Below, piece by piece: positions 8,630 through 18,706 of a DNA stretch of 64,000 nt (positions are counted from its first letter, which is position 1; every line of letters begins with the position of its first letter). This stretch comes from Candidatus Spongiisociaceae bacterium (GTDB lineage Bacteria > Actinomycetota > Acidimicrobiia > Spongiisociales > Spongiisociaceae). Under the pieces are notes generated by a model. It saw only the letters and a list, made by a program, of their open reading frames with translations. It did not search any database and was not told where the DNA came from. The stretch spans positions 4,256,001 through 4,320,000 of the forward strand of contig CBDCOH010000002.1 of NCBI GenBank assembly GCA_965219685.1. Direction: 5' to 3'. Both the position numbers and the translations under genes were made by a program.

Positions 8630-10954
8630 CTAGGAAAGCTGGAGCGCCCGCGCCAGGAAGGCGGCCATCTGGGCCCGGGTGACGCCGGTGTCGGGGCAGT
8701 AGTGCTGGTTCTCGGCTGAGCAGCCTTGGGTTATGCCGGCTTGGGCGAGCCGGTTGATGTCGTCTTCGTGGGTGGTTCCGTCGTCGTCGGTGAAGAAGTC
8801 GCGGTCGGCTGCGGGCAGTTCCAGTGCTCGGGCGAGGAAGGCGGCCATCTGGGCCCGGGTGACGCCGGTGTCGGGGCAGTAGTGCTGGTTCTCGGCTGAG
8901 CAGCCTTGGGTTATGCCGGCTTGGGCGAGCCGGTTGATGTCGTCTTCGTGGGTGGTTCCGTCGTCGTCGGTGAAGAAGTCGCGGTCGGCTGCGGGCAGTT
9001 CCAGTGCTCGGGCGAGGAAGGTGGCCATCTGTCCTCGCGTCACGCGGCCGTCAGGGCAGTAAAGCGTGTTGGCAGGCGGGTTGCATCCCCTGGTTATGCC
9101 CAAGCGGGCGATGAGTTCGATGCTCGTCCGGTGGGCACTCCCCCTGATATCGGCAAAGGCGAAGCCGCCCGCGTTCAAGGTCTTGACATCGCCGACGAGA
9201 TGCAGAGGGTCGGGTCCGACAGCCTCGTGCGTCAACATGGCGTCGAGGCCGGATGCGAGACCGATGGTCGCCCGGCCGGGATGGATAGAGTTGGCGGGAA
9301 GGCTGATCCCGTCCGTGTCGGAATCCCCCGGTTGCACCGTGTATTCGAAGATCAACCCGGATGTTCCGGAGCCCGTCTTGTAGAGAGCGCCCCTGGGCCC
9401 GTCTCCAAACTGGATCCGGAGGGTCGGCGTGCTTCCCTGCCTTCCGACGACCACCGGGGAATCGAAGGTTGCAGTGACGGTTATGACATCCCCGTTGACG
9501 TACGAGCCCCCGGCGGGGGGTTCGGAAGTGATCGCCACGCCGGTGACGCGTGGGCGGATGGCGGAGATCGCCTGTCGCGCCACCTCCTCCGGCAGGAGGC
9601 AGGACGGCAGGGCCATCAGTACGTCCGGTTCGAATCCGCCGGTGGCGTTCCGGAAGTCGGGGGTTAGCCATCTGAGGGTGGTGAGGTGAAGGACGCCGAG
9701 CAGCGTTCCGTCCGGCTCGAAGTGGTACGAGGTCTGGCCGCTGTTCTTGCCGAAGGTCCGCTGCCCGACCACGGTGGCCCGCTCATGGTCCTTCAGGGCC
9801 CCGGTCACGATCTCCGAGGCGGAGGCACTGTTGCCGTCCACGACCACCACCATGGGGAGAGTCGCCGGATCGGGCGCCACGTCCCTGCCGCGTGCCCGCA
9901 CGGTTTCGACCTCGTCCCTGCCCACCAGGTGCACGATGACGGACAGGTCGGGGAGGAAGACACCCGCGGCGCCGACCGCCGAGTCCACGTACCCGCCCGG
10001 GTTGCCCCGCAGATCCAGGACCAGACCGCTGACGGAACCACCCGTCAGATCTGTCAGCACGTCCGCCAACTCTTCATGTCCTGTCGAACTGAAGACGTCC
10101 AGGCGGAGGTGGCCGATGTCCCCGTCGACCACCCTCCCGCGGGCTACGGGGATGGCGAGGTCCGTCGCGGTCAAGGTGGTCGTGATCGTGTCCTCTCCGC
10201 GCAGCACCGTGACCGTCACCTGCTCGCCCGACTCGAACCTATCCAACTCCGGGACGTCCTGGCACGCCAGGTCGGCCGGGAACGGCTCGCCGAATCGCAC
10301 GAGAACGTCGCCTTCCCGGAGCCCCGCCCGGTGAGCCGGACTCCCCGCATAGACTTCGGCGATGGCCGGTCGGCAGGTGTCCGATACTTCGGAACAAGGC
10401 TCGCCGTCGTCGGCGAGGCCGACGGCCACACCCAGGCCGCTGGTGCCCTTGTTCTCCAGGCTCACCCGGAACCGCCGGTACTGCTCGGTGGTCAGCCAAT
10501 ACGAGTTCCGGTCCAGAGATCGGGCCATTCCCCGGATGGCCTCCTCGACCGCCGCAGCCGTGTCCTCGGCAGCGTCGATGGCGGCGCACAACTCCTCGAA
10601 GTCGGGGGTCGGCAAGGGGCAGGCGGGCGGTTCCCCGGATGTTCGCGCGGCGAGGTCGGCATTCCTGACCCGCTCCGCGGCCGCCTCCGCAAGGTCCCGG
10701 CCCCCCACTTCGTCCACGTAGTCGCTGATGATCAGCTCGTAGGCCGTGCAGAGTATGCGGAACACATCAGGTGCCTCATCGCACGTCACACGACCACCCG
10801 GAGCGGGGTGGTGGTCGGTGTCCCGGTCCGCCTGAGAGGTGGGACGGCTGTCCGGGGGGCCGGAACCCGAAGCCCCGATGGGGGAGGCAACTGCAACTGC
10901 GAGCACCGCTGCGGTCAGCACCAATGCCGAGGCGGTCCGTCCGCGCGCCCTCAC
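8630..10954 (-). CDS. Secreted S41 (CtpA-like) protease with PDZ, Ig-like domain and C-terminal SLH repeats
   Basis: Signal peptide; PDZ (GSPAHRAGL); DLRGNPGG, SASASE, TFGK; SLH motifs ITRGC/ITQGC...VTRAQMAAFLARAL. Confidence 0.88.
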   Translation of the reverse strand: MRARGRTASALVLTAAVLAVAVASPIGASGSGPPDSRPTSQADRDTDHHPAPGGRVTCDEAPDVFRILCTAYELIISDYVDEVGGRDLAEAAAERVRNADLAARTSGEPPACPLPTPDFEELCAAIDAAEDTAAAVEEAIRGMARSLDRNSYWLTTEQYRRFRVSLENKGTSGLGVAVGLADDGEPCSEVSDTCRPAIAEVYAGSPAHRAGLREGDVLVRFGEPFPADLACQDVPELDRFESGEQVTVTVLRGEDTITTTLTATDLAIPVARGRVVDGDIGHLRLDVFSSTGHEELADVLTDLTGGSVSGLVLDLRGNPGGYVDSAVGAAGVFLPDLSVIVHLVGRDEVETVRARGRDVAPDPATLPMVVVVDGNSASASEIVTGALKDHERATVVGQRTFGKNSGQTSYHFEPDGTLLGVLHLTTLRWLTPDFRNATGGFEPDVLMALPSCLLPEEVARQAISAIRPRVTGVAITSEPPAGGSYVNGDVITVTATFDSPVVVGRQGSTPTLRIQFGDGPRGALYKTGSGTSGLIFEYTVQPGDSDTDGISLPANSIHPGRATIGLASGLDAMLTHEAVGPDPLHLVGDVKTLNAGGFAFADIRGSAHRTSIELIARLGITRGCNPPANTLYCPDGRVTRGQMATFLARALELPAADRDFFTDDDGTTHEDDINRLAQAGITQGCSAENQHYCPDTGVTRAQMAAFLARALELPAADRDFFTDDDGTTHEDDINRLAQAGITQGCSAENQHYCPDTGVTRAQMAAFLARALQLS
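8655..9021. repeat. Exact 180-bp tandem duplication encoding two identical SLH modules
   Basis: 8655-8841 reads identical to 8835-9021. Confidence 0.9.
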
Positions 10955-11226
10955 AACAGCCGCGCCGACCTGTCGGGGGCCTTCCTGGATTCCATCTCGG
11001 CACTCCCTCGTCGGGCGGCGAGGATGATAGCCAACCGACCGGTCTACCAGGGCATCTCCAGGGGAGGGCTCCTCCAGGCGGCGGTTCCGGATGCCTGCGG
11101 AGTCGCACGCATCGGCCGGACCGTCCGGCAGGGAAGGACGAGTAGTTCCAGGCCATCCGGCCGGAAGGGATCACCCCGACCATCGGTGGCAGCGACGCAC
11201 AACACAGATTCGACTCGCATACGCCG

Positions 11227-11324
11227 GTCACCAGACACGCGACACGCGACACCCGACGCAACCGGCAACCGGCAACCGGCAACCGGCCCGACACCCGACA
11301 CCCGACACCTGCCACCCGGCATCT
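11227..11324. repeat. Composite heptamer array (GACACGC, GCAACCG x4, GACACCC)
   Basis: 7-bp periodic blocks between the divergent S41 protease and glycosylase genes. Confidence 0.8.
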
Positions 11325-11382
11325 GGTACGGCGGAGATCCGCATGCCACTCCGTGTCACGGGGGACTGTTAGCTTGTGCAGA

Positions 11383-12297
11383 ATGCAGAACTGCCCGACC
11401 CGAGAGGCGCGGTCTCTGGTACTTCCCCTCAGCCGGCCGCTGGATCTTCGCGCCACCCTGGCGGTGAAGGGTCTGAACGGCCCCTCGCTCAGCGTCCGTC
11501 CGGACGGGTTGTGGAGGTCCACCCGTACCAGCCGCGGGCCTGCCACGGTGTGGATGAGGCTGAGAGGGAGGGAACTCCTGGTCGATGCGTGGGGTGAGGG
11601 CGCCGACCATGCCCTCGAGAGAGTTCCGGCGTGGGTGGGGGAGTTCGACGAGCCTGCGGCGCTGGTTCCGGCCCACGCGGCCGTGCAGCGGGCCGCCCGG
11701 TGCGGCCTAGGTATGAGGATGGCGTCGGTCGGTGGGCTGGTGGAGGTGCTGATCCCGACCATCCTGGCCCAGAAGGTGACCGGCATCGAAGCGGCCCGCA
11801 GCTACCGGCAGTTGGTGGCCCGTTACGGGGATCCGGCCCCCGGACCCGCCGGGCTCCGCCTCCCGCCCGACCCCGCTCGGCTGGCCGCACTCCGGTACTT
11901 CCACTTCCATCCGCTGGGGGTGGAACAACGCAGGGCGGAGACGATAATCCGGGTCTGCCGGGAGGCGGATCGCATTGAGGCGACCGCCGGGCGGGGCCTG
12001 GAGATGGCCTACCGGTTCCTTCATCACCTTCGAGGGATCGGACCCTGGACCAGCGCCTCGGCCTTGATGGTGGCGAGAGGCGATCCCGACGCGGTGCCGG
12101 TAGGTGACTTCCATCTCCCCAACATCGTCGCCTGGGCCCTGGCGGGCGAGCCGAGGGGAACCGACGAGCGGATGTTGGAACTCCTCGCCCCGTACGGGGG
12201 GCAGCGGGGCAGGGTGGTCCGGCTGCTGGAACGGTATGCGGGACGGGCGCCCGCCTACGGTCCCCGGTACGCACCGCGCGACTTCCGGCGGTTCTGA
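11383..12297 (+). CDS. HhH-GPD (AlkA-like) DNA glycosylase family protein
   Basis: ILAQKV, HhH LRGIGPWTS, GDPDAVPVGD; start uncertain (11353 or 11383). Confidence 0.85.
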   Translation: MQNCPTREARSLVLPLSRPLDLRATLAVKGLNGPSLSVRPDGLWRSTRTSRGPATVWMRLRGRELLVDAWGEGADHALERVPAWVGEFDEPAALVPAHAAVQRAARCGLGMRMASVGGLVEVLIPTILAQKVTGIEAARSYRQLVARYGDPAPGPAGLRLPPDPARLAALRYFHFHPLGVEQRRAETIIRVCREADRIEATAGRGLEMAYRFLHHLRGIGPWTSASALMVARGDPDAVPVGDFHLPNIVAWALAGEPRGTDERMLELLAPYGGQRGRVVRLLERYAGRAPAYGPRYAPRDFRRF

Positions 12298-13163
12298 GCC
12301 TCCCCGTACGCCCACCGCTCCAGCAGGAGATGGATGGCCCAGTTACCCCCGTCCCCCCAGGAGTCGGTGGCGGCCCGCACATCGGGTTCTGGCAGGACCT
12401 CCTCCACGCCGGCCACGTACCGGGAGACCACCTTGCGAACCCCCAGGTCCCCGGCCGCGATCGCGTCCGGCCGGCCCAGGCAACGCGCCAGGAACCACTC
12501 GGCTGTCCACCTGCCCAGGCCTCGGATGGCTGTTATCCGTCGCAGAGCCCGCTCGTTGCTGTCGTGCTGCAGGCCGTCGAGGTCGCCCGCCACCAGGTGC
12601 CGGGCCAGCCCCACGATGTAGGACGACTTGCGGGTGGTGAACTGCATCGCCCGGATGTCGGCCTCGTCCGCGGCGCCCAGCCTCTCGGCGGAGGGGAAGC
12701 GCCAGACAGGGACCCCGTCCAGTTCCAGCGGTTCCCCGTATCTCTCCACCAGGCGGTTCAGAGTGGTGGCGGCCCAGCGCATGTTCACCTGCTGGGAGCA
12801 GATCGACGTGACCAGCACCTCCGCGACCGCCGGGTTGAGCGGTGGCCGGTATCCGGGAGTGCGGCGGAACTGGTCGGCGACCGCCGGAACGCGCTCGGAT
12901 ACGTCGAGCAGGGGTTCGACCGGGAGCGTCTCGCCCAGGCGAAACCGGGACTCCGCGACCGCTAGATCGAGGCTACGAGGGGCGCCGACCTCGACATCGC
13001 CACCGTCCAGTTGGCGGACCCGGTAGGGGATCCCGGCAGTGGTGGTCCTGTACAGGTACTCGCCCGAGACCACGTTCAACAGGTTCGGTCCGTACCGGGT
13101 GTGGCGCGCTATGGATCTGGACAGATCGAGCGGTGACTCGGGGGTCCACCGGGCTACCCTCAC
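12255..13163 (-). CDS. AlkA-like DNA-3-methyladenine glycosylase
   Basis: ICSQQV, FPSAE, HhH IRGLGRWTAE, DAIAAGDLG. Confidence 0.88.
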   Translation of the reverse strand: MRVARWTPESPLDLSRSIARHTRYGPNLLNVVSGEYLYRTTTAGIPYRVRQLDGGDVEVGAPRSLDLAVAESRFRLGETLPVEPLLDVSERVPAVADQFRRTPGYRPPLNPAVAEVLVTSICSQQVNMRWAATTLNRLVERYGEPLELDGVPVWRFPSAERLGAADEADIRAMQFTTRKSSYIVGLARHLVAGDLDGLQHDSNERALRRITAIRGLGRWTAEWFLARCLGRPDAIAAGDLGVRKVVSRYVAGVEEVLPEPDVRAATDSWGDGGNWAIHLLLERWAYGEAQNRRKSRGAYRGP

Positions 13164-13912
13164 GCGTGGCCCAGGAGAGAGGCGGCAGCCTCGTCCACCA
13201 GCCAGGTTACGGGTGCATCTCCGGCCATCAGGAGACGGGCGGGGAGTGGAGCAGGGCCGGTCGGGTACAGGACCTCGGAAAGGGCCACCGCCTTGGAGCC
13301 GCCCGACACCAGCGCGTAGATCCGCCTGGCCCGGTGGACCAGCGGGTAGGTGGCGGTGAGCCTCCAGGCGTGGGCGGCTTCGACCTTGCCGGCGACGTAC
13401 CAGCGATCGGTCACGTCGAGTAGGGGCGAGCCGGGGAACAGCGACAGAGTGTGGCCGTCTCCCCCCATCCCCACCAGGACCAGATCGGGCCGCGGTCCAC
13501 CGGGGTCGTGCGCGATCTCCTCAAGCAACCGCTCCTCGTACAGAGCCGCGGCACGGGTAGGGGAACGTCCCTCCTTCCATGGTACGCGGAGGAAGCGAGC
13601 GCCGGTGCCGTCCAGCAGTTCGCGCCCGATCATGGACCCGTTGCTGTCCCGATGGACGGGCGGTACGTAGCGTTCGTCGCCCACCCACGCGCAGACCCTA
13701 TCCCAGGGCACGTCCATGCCTGCGAGCCGCCGATAGGCCGCCACCGGGGTGGAACCGCCAGCCATCGCCACCGTGACGCGGCGCGAGCCGGGGCGGTTGG
13801 TAGCGTGCTGCCTGATGAACCCGGCGATCCGATCAGACGCAGCGATAGCCAGTTCGTCGGCATCGGCGAAGACCTCGACGTCGGCCGGGCAAGATTCGAG
13901 TCGGTTTGCCAT
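13160..13912 (-). CDS. pgl: 6-phosphogluconolactonase
   Basis: AGGSTP, GDERYVP, DSN, GMGGDGHTLSLFP, GGSKA; TAATCT -10 lies 7 nt before ATG 13912. Confidence 0.9.
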   Translation of the reverse strand: MANRLESCPADVEVFADADELAIAASDRIAGFIRQHATNRPGSRRVTVAMAGGSTPVAAYRRLAGMDVPWDRVCAWVGDERYVPPVHRDSNGSMIGRELLDGTGARFLRVPWKEGRSPTRAAALYEERLLEEIAHDPGGPRPDLVLVGMGGDGHTLSLFPGSPLLDVTDRWYVAGKVEAAHAWRLTATYPLVHRARRIYALVSGGSKAVALSEVLYPTGPAPLPARLLMAGDAPVTWLVDEAAASLLGHA

Positions 13913-13959
13913 GGACGGCAGATTACCGGTGGTGTGGGTCTCTCGATCCGGGCAGCGGC

Positions 13960-14616
13960 GTGGCTGAGCGGGTGCCGATAGATTGGTCCGGCGGAACGGT
14001 GTCGGGCCGTTGGGCATGTCCCCGCCGTCCGGCAGGCCGCGCGGTGCTCCTCGCGCACGGCGCCGGTGCCGGCCAGGACCATCCGGGAGTGACTGCCATC
14101 CGTGATGGTCTCGTGGTCAGAGGGCACCCGGTTCTGACTTTCAACTATCCCTATACGGAAGCCGGCCGACGGTTCCCGCCCGACCGCCGCGACGTCCTGC
14201 TGGCGTGCCATCGAGCGGCGGCGGAGTGGCTACGCACCAGGTTCCCCAGCATGGTGATGGCAGGACGTTCGATGGGAGGGCGCATGGCGTCCTACCTGGC
14301 CGCGGCGGGCGAGCCCTGCGACGGCCTGGTGCTCTACGCATATCCCCTCCACCCCTCCGGGAAGCCCGACCGCCTCCGAGCCGACCACCTCCCAGAAGTC
14401 GGGGTCCCGATGCTGTTCTTCACCGGAAGCCGCGATGCGCTGGCACTGCCACATCTCGTGGACCGGTGGCTGGCGCCTCTAGATAGAGCCACCATCGAGA
14501 TCATCCCGGATGCCGACCACTCGTTCCGGGTTCCGAAACGCAGCGGGCGGAGCGGCGAGGAGGTGATCGAGTGGATGGTGGCCAGGACGTCGAAGTGGAT
14601 GGACACACTGGATTAG
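13960..14616 (+). CDS. Alpha/beta hydrolase (KANL3/Tex30-like)
   Basis: LAHGAGA, GRSMGGR, YPLHP, GSRD, ADHSF. Confidence 0.88.
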   Translation: MAERVPIDWSGGTVSGRWACPRRPAGRAVLLAHGAGAGQDHPGVTAIRDGLVVRGHPVLTFNYPYTEAGRRFPPDRRDVLLACHRAAAEWLRTRFPSMVMAGRSMGGRMASYLAAAGEPCDGLVLYAYPLHPSGKPDRLRADHLPEVGVPMLFFTGSRDALALPHLVDRWLAPLDRATIEIIPDADHSFRVPKRSGRSGEEVIEWMVARTSKWMDTLD

Positions 14617-14650
14617 TTGTCCGTTGTCCGTTGTCCGTTGTCCGTTGGGA
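14616..14650. repeat. Heptamer tandem repeat (GTTGTCC)x4 starting at the stop codon
   Basis: Directly visible. Confidence 0.85.
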
Positions 14651-14718
14651 CTCTGAACGGTGTCCGATTATCGAGGTAGGTCCGCGTCGCGATGAGCCAT
14701 GTGTAGTAGCCGAGTTCG

Positions 14719-14746
14719 GGCACCTGGCACCCGGTACCCGGCACCC
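14719..14746. repeat. Heptamer repeat GGYACCY x4
   Basis: GGCACCT GGCACCC GGTACCC GGCACCC. Confidence 0.7.
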
Positions 14747-14782
14747 GCACTATGGTCTGCGGTCTTTGGCACGAGGAGTCTG

Positions 14783-15178
14783 ATGAACGTGGATCAGATG
14801 AACCATTACAAGAGCAAGCTCGACTTCGAGATGGACTCGTGGGATGTCCAGGAGGCGTTGAGCAACGGTGAGCGGCTGGTGGTGGTGGATGGTCGGGCCG
14901 CCGGGGCCTACGCCCGGGAGCACATACCCGGCGCGTTGAGCCTGCCGCACCGAGGCATCGATGCCGAGTCGACGGCTTCGCTGGACCCCTCACGGGTCTA
15001 TGTGTGCTATTGCGACGGGATCGGGTGCAACGCTTCGACCAAGACGGCGTTGAAGCTGCTAATGCTGGGCTTCGAGGTGCGGGAGTTGATCGGTGGCCTC
15101 GATTGGTGGAAGCGCGACGGCTACCCCACCGAGGGTGACAACCCTTCTCTCGGCGAGCAGGTCGTGTGCGGCTGCTGA
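14783..15178 (+). CDS. Rhodanese-like domain protein
   Basis: GAGGAG RBS; VVDGR, HIPGA, YCDGIGCNAS, GGLDWW. Confidence 0.9.
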   Translation: MNVDQMNHYKSKLDFEMDSWDVQEALSNGERLVVVDGRAAGAYAREHIPGALSLPHRGIDAESTASLDPSRVYVCYCDGIGCNASTKTALKLLMLGFEVRELIGGLDWWKRDGYPTEGDNPSLGEQVVCGC

Positions 15179-15202
15179 CCCGTCCAGCGTTCGGCTAGGT
15201 CC

Positions 15203-16573
15203 ATGACCTTCGGTCGCGTTCCGGGGGCCTGGTCGGTCCTGCACCTGGTGGGCCTCGCCGTCGCGGTGGTCGTGTTTGCATCCGGGTGCGGCACGGGGGG
15301 TGATGCACCCCAGCCCGCCACTTCAGCCGGATCGGTTGTGTCGGAATCGACGTCGACCGATACAGTCGCCAACGGTCTCGGGTCGGTGAGCGGGGATGCC
15401 CGTTCCCTTGTGGAGAGTTGGCGTCGGGCGGTGTCGGCATCGGCCGGCATCTGGCCGGGTTACGAACTCGCGGCAGTTCCCACGGTGTTGGTCTCGGTTG
15501 ATCCGGAGGGGAACGTCGAGGCGGTTGTAGCCTTCAACCACCCGGACCCGCAGGCGTTGGGCAGTCCCGTCCGCGGGTTCGACATGGACGGCCACCGAGT
15601 GGTGGTTGTCGAAGAAGTGGCCAATCCGGACGAGTTGGCGTCCATGGCGCCCTTCGACTTCTTTGCCGACGTTGGCGGTACCGAGACCTTCGTGTTGGTT
15701 GGCCGATCCGGGGAACCCGGCATGGAACCCGGCACGCCCGAGTTTGTAGCGTTGCTTGCCCACGAGGCATTCCACCGGTACCAGTTCGACCACTGGGTCC
15801 CCGGCACCGCCTTCCAAGATGTAGAGGGCTACGACTTCGGGGCGGAGAATCTTGAGCTGGCGCTCCTTGAGAACCGCATCCTGATCGCCGCCTACGAGGC
15901 GGTCAACGCGGCTGAGACCGAGCGCCTGGCGCGCCAGTTCGCTGGGGTTCGCGCCTTCCGGCACCAACGAGATCCCAGGATCGCTCTCGACGAGCAGCAG
16001 GAGCGTATTGAGGGCTCCGCCCGCTGGATCGAGCACGGCATGGGCGACGCGATCGGGAGCGTCTACACGTCGGCCAACCACACCAGCGAGATAGGCCACC
16101 TCGATGACGGTCTCGATGACCCTGGGGCGGTCATAGGGAGCGTCAAGTCGTTTCTCGGGTTCGGCCGCTTCTACAGCAGCGGAGCCACCCTGCTGGCGCT
16201 GCTCGACCGCCTCCGCGTGGCGAGCCAGGATGTCGCCGAGCGGCTCCGGGCGGGCGACACCCCCGCGCAGTTGTTGGAACAGCGCATCGCACCCCTCGGC
16301 GACAGGGCCGACGTCGTCGGCGCCGCTCGTGCAGAGCACGACCCGCACAGCCGACTCGGCGCAGCCGCGGTGGTTCTAGCCGAACTCGCGGCGGGCGAGG
16401 GAGAGACCGACTTCGGTACCACCGACGTTCTCCCAGAGACATCCACCGGCAGCTTCGAACCCAGCGCCGACCAGATCGCCTGCCTCGAAGACCACGGTCT
16501 CGACCTGAGTGCCGACGCCCTCACAATTCCCGACGAAGTCGCCGGCGCCTGCTTCGACGAGCCAGAGCCCTGA
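15203..16573 (+). CDS. Acidic lipoprotein, putative gluzincin metallopeptidase
   Basis: Lipobox FASG-C, HEAFH and downstream ERIEGSA. Confidence 0.7.
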   Translation: MTFGRVPGAWSVLHLVGLAVAVVVFASGCGTGGDAPQPATSAGSVVSESTSTDTVANGLGSVSGDARSLVESWRRAVSASAGIWPGYELAAVPTVLVSVDPEGNVEAVVAFNHPDPQALGSPVRGFDMDGHRVVVVEEVANPDELASMAPFDFFADVGGTETFVLVGRSGEPGMEPGTPEFVALLAHEAFHRYQFDHWVPGTAFQDVEGYDFGAENLELALLENRILIAAYEAVNAAETERLARQFAGVRAFRHQRDPRIALDEQQERIEGSARWIEHGMGDAIGSVYTSANHTSEIGHLDDGLDDPGAVIGSVKSFLGFGRFYSSGATLLALLDRLRVASQDVAERLRAGDTPAQLLEQRIAPLGDRADVVGAARAEHDPHSRLGAAAVVLAELAAGEGETDFGTTDVLPETSTGSFEPSADQIACLEDHGLDLSADALTIPDEVAGACFDEPEP

Positions 16574-16707
16574 CCCGTTCACGGATCCGAGATACCATTG
16601 TAACTAGTGCTAATAGCTAATACATAATATAAATAAATCACTTGTTCGGACAGCGGTTACCTCTACAGGAAGGACCACAGAGCCGATCCCAGGCGTTGAG
16701 CCACGCC

Positions 16708-16987
16708 TTAACCCGAACCATCCGATGCTTGCTCAGCGACGTGCCGGTCGAACCAACTGTGAACTTCGGCCACGAATGATCCGGACATCTCCAGTATTGG
16801 TGCCGTATTGTCGCTCCGCCACTTCTCTCTGAAGCCCAGGTCGTAGTCGGTCTTGCCCCGCTGTTCGGCGAGATAGGCCAGGGCCTTGGCTATCTCAGCG
16901 GGGAAGTCCGACCCGAGGACCGCCAACTCCCCGAACCTGCTGATGACACCCGAGTACGTATTGGGATCCCTCTCTCTCGTCGATTCT
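16708..16987 (-). pseudogene. 5'-truncated HEPN (UPF0332-like) gene remnant
   Basis: Frame reads DPNTYSGVISRFGE...FPAEIAKAL...RGKTDYD; in-frame stop immediately upstream and no N-terminus. Confidence 0.55.
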
Positions 16988-17122
16988 GATCAGATCCCTT
17001 GGGACTACTCGTCTATACGAGGACACGGGTACCTATCAGTGACCCCCTACCGCCACGGCGGCGACCTACGGTCACGAATCGGCCGCCGACTGACGCTTCG
17101 CGACATGCCCTGAATCCTTCTT

Positions 17123-18538
17123 TCAGGAGACGCGGACGAAGCCGATCCCGAGGAATCGGGCCACCATCTCGACCTGGTCGGCGATGTGGCCGGGCGCAGC
17201 GGCGCTGTGGTGGTTGACGCCTGCTTCGGCCCACCGCTGCCAGGCGACCTCGACCGGCACCGTACCCGAGAAGCGGAACGCCCCGCCCACCGTGGGACTG
17301 TCGGGGAAGGACCTACCCGTCAGCTCGCCCTCAGCAGCTATCAAACGGAAGCCGCTCGGTTCGCCGTGGAATGGTGTGAACCCGACCAGGGTGGCCGGCC
17401 CGGGGGCGAGTTCGAACCAGACGGCGGCGCCCGCCAAGGGGTCCTGGACGTACCAGGGATTCTGCTGCAGCCGGGGCCGGCCTCCCGGCGAGCACCATTC
17501 GAGGTCATGCTCGCCCGAGTTGGCGATCACCACTTCTCCCGTCTCGAAGTCGATGGCTTCGATCTCGTGGTACAGGGCGGCGCCGCCGAGCTGTTTGGCC
17601 ACCAGCATCGCGACCGCGGTGAGCACGTCCCCGGAACAGGTCCATGGAACGCCCCGCGTGGTCTCCCGGCCCAGACCGAAGCAAGGCGTCACTCCGGGAT
17701 CACGGCCGAAGCGGATCTCCGCTACATGGCAGTTCATGGCGCCGGCGTCGAGGACGTGAGCGTCGTCCAGTTCCTCCATCGCCCTCGCCAGACGCAGGGA
17801 TCGGGTCCTGCCTCGGGCTGAGGTGGTGAGGTCCTCGAATCCGGCGTCGATCTCCTTCTCGAGGGCAGAGACATCGGATACGCCGAGGTAACGGTCCCGG
17901 ATCTCCGCGGGATCTATCGGCACCAGTTCGACTCCTGCCGCGGCCCGCAGGCGCCGGTCGTCGACGTCCACGCAGTCATACCCATCGATCGGGCGACCTA
18001 CCCGGGCTATCCGGGACCGCGAGACCGACCGGGCGACCGCCCCCGCGTGGAGAGTTCGAACCAGACGGTCCGTCACCGAAGCATCCGAAGTGCTCCCGAC
18101 GACCAACTCGAACGGTCGTCCCCGGCGTCCCAGGATGTTGGTCAGCATCGGGGTGCCCACCGTCGCCCCCAGCGTCGTGATATCCGACTGGTCGAAACCG
18201 GATCTGAGAGAGCGGCTTCGCTGGACCGCCCACACCACGACGGGCAGATCCTCGAGGACGTCGAGAGCCGCCATGGCATGGATTGGTGGCACCGCCATGG
18301 ACTGGACGACCAGTACCGCGCCGGCCCCATCCAGCCGGATCCGCGCTGCCGCCTCGGCACCGGCCTCAGCCGAATGGACCAGACCGCTCCACGCGACTTC
18401 CACACCGGAACCACTGAGAAGGTCCACCACCTCCTCGAGCAGGCACTGGCGCTCGGCTCGGAATGCATGGCCTCCGGCGCTCGCCTCCCAGAAGCCCCAG
18501 TAAGGATGAATCACAGCGATGGAGTGCTTCTCTCGCAC
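17123..18538 (-). CDS. L-fucose/L-arabinose isomerase-like protein
   Basis: AGAMNCH, CSGDVLTA, ANSGEHD, GPATL, GVNHHSA. Confidence 0.75.
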   Translation of the reverse strand: MREKHSIAVIHPYWGFWEASAGGHAFRAERQCLLEEVVDLLSGSGVEVAWSGLVHSAEAGAEAAARIRLDGAGAVLVVQSMAVPPIHAMAALDVLEDLPVVVWAVQRSRSLRSGFDQSDITTLGATVGTPMLTNILGRRGRPFELVVGSTSDASVTDRLVRTLHAGAVARSVSRSRIARVGRPIDGYDCVDVDDRRLRAAAGVELVPIDPAEIRDRYLGVSDVSALEKEIDAGFEDLTTSARGRTRSLRLARAMEELDDAHVLDAGAMNCHVAEIRFGRDPGVTPCFGLGRETTRGVPWTCSGDVLTAVAMLVAKQLGGAALYHEIEAIDFETGEVVIANSGEHDLEWCSPGGRPRLQQNPWYVQDPLAGAAVWFELAPGPATLVGFTPFHGEPSGFRLIAAEGELTGRSFPDSPTVGGAFRFSGTVPVEVAWQRWAEAGVNHHSAAAPGHIADQVEMVARFLGIGFVRVS

Positions 18539-18706
18539 GAGTCCCTTCCCGCTTGGCGAACCATGCCATGCCCCGAAGCCTCACGGCCAACCGTCCCCAT
18601 CGAGCCCTTCCGTTGGGGTGGGCGACACCGGGATTAGGGTACGGTACCGGAGCGCTGCCCACACGACCGCGGCCCCTGAGCGGCCGATCCCAGGAATGGA
18701 GGCAAT

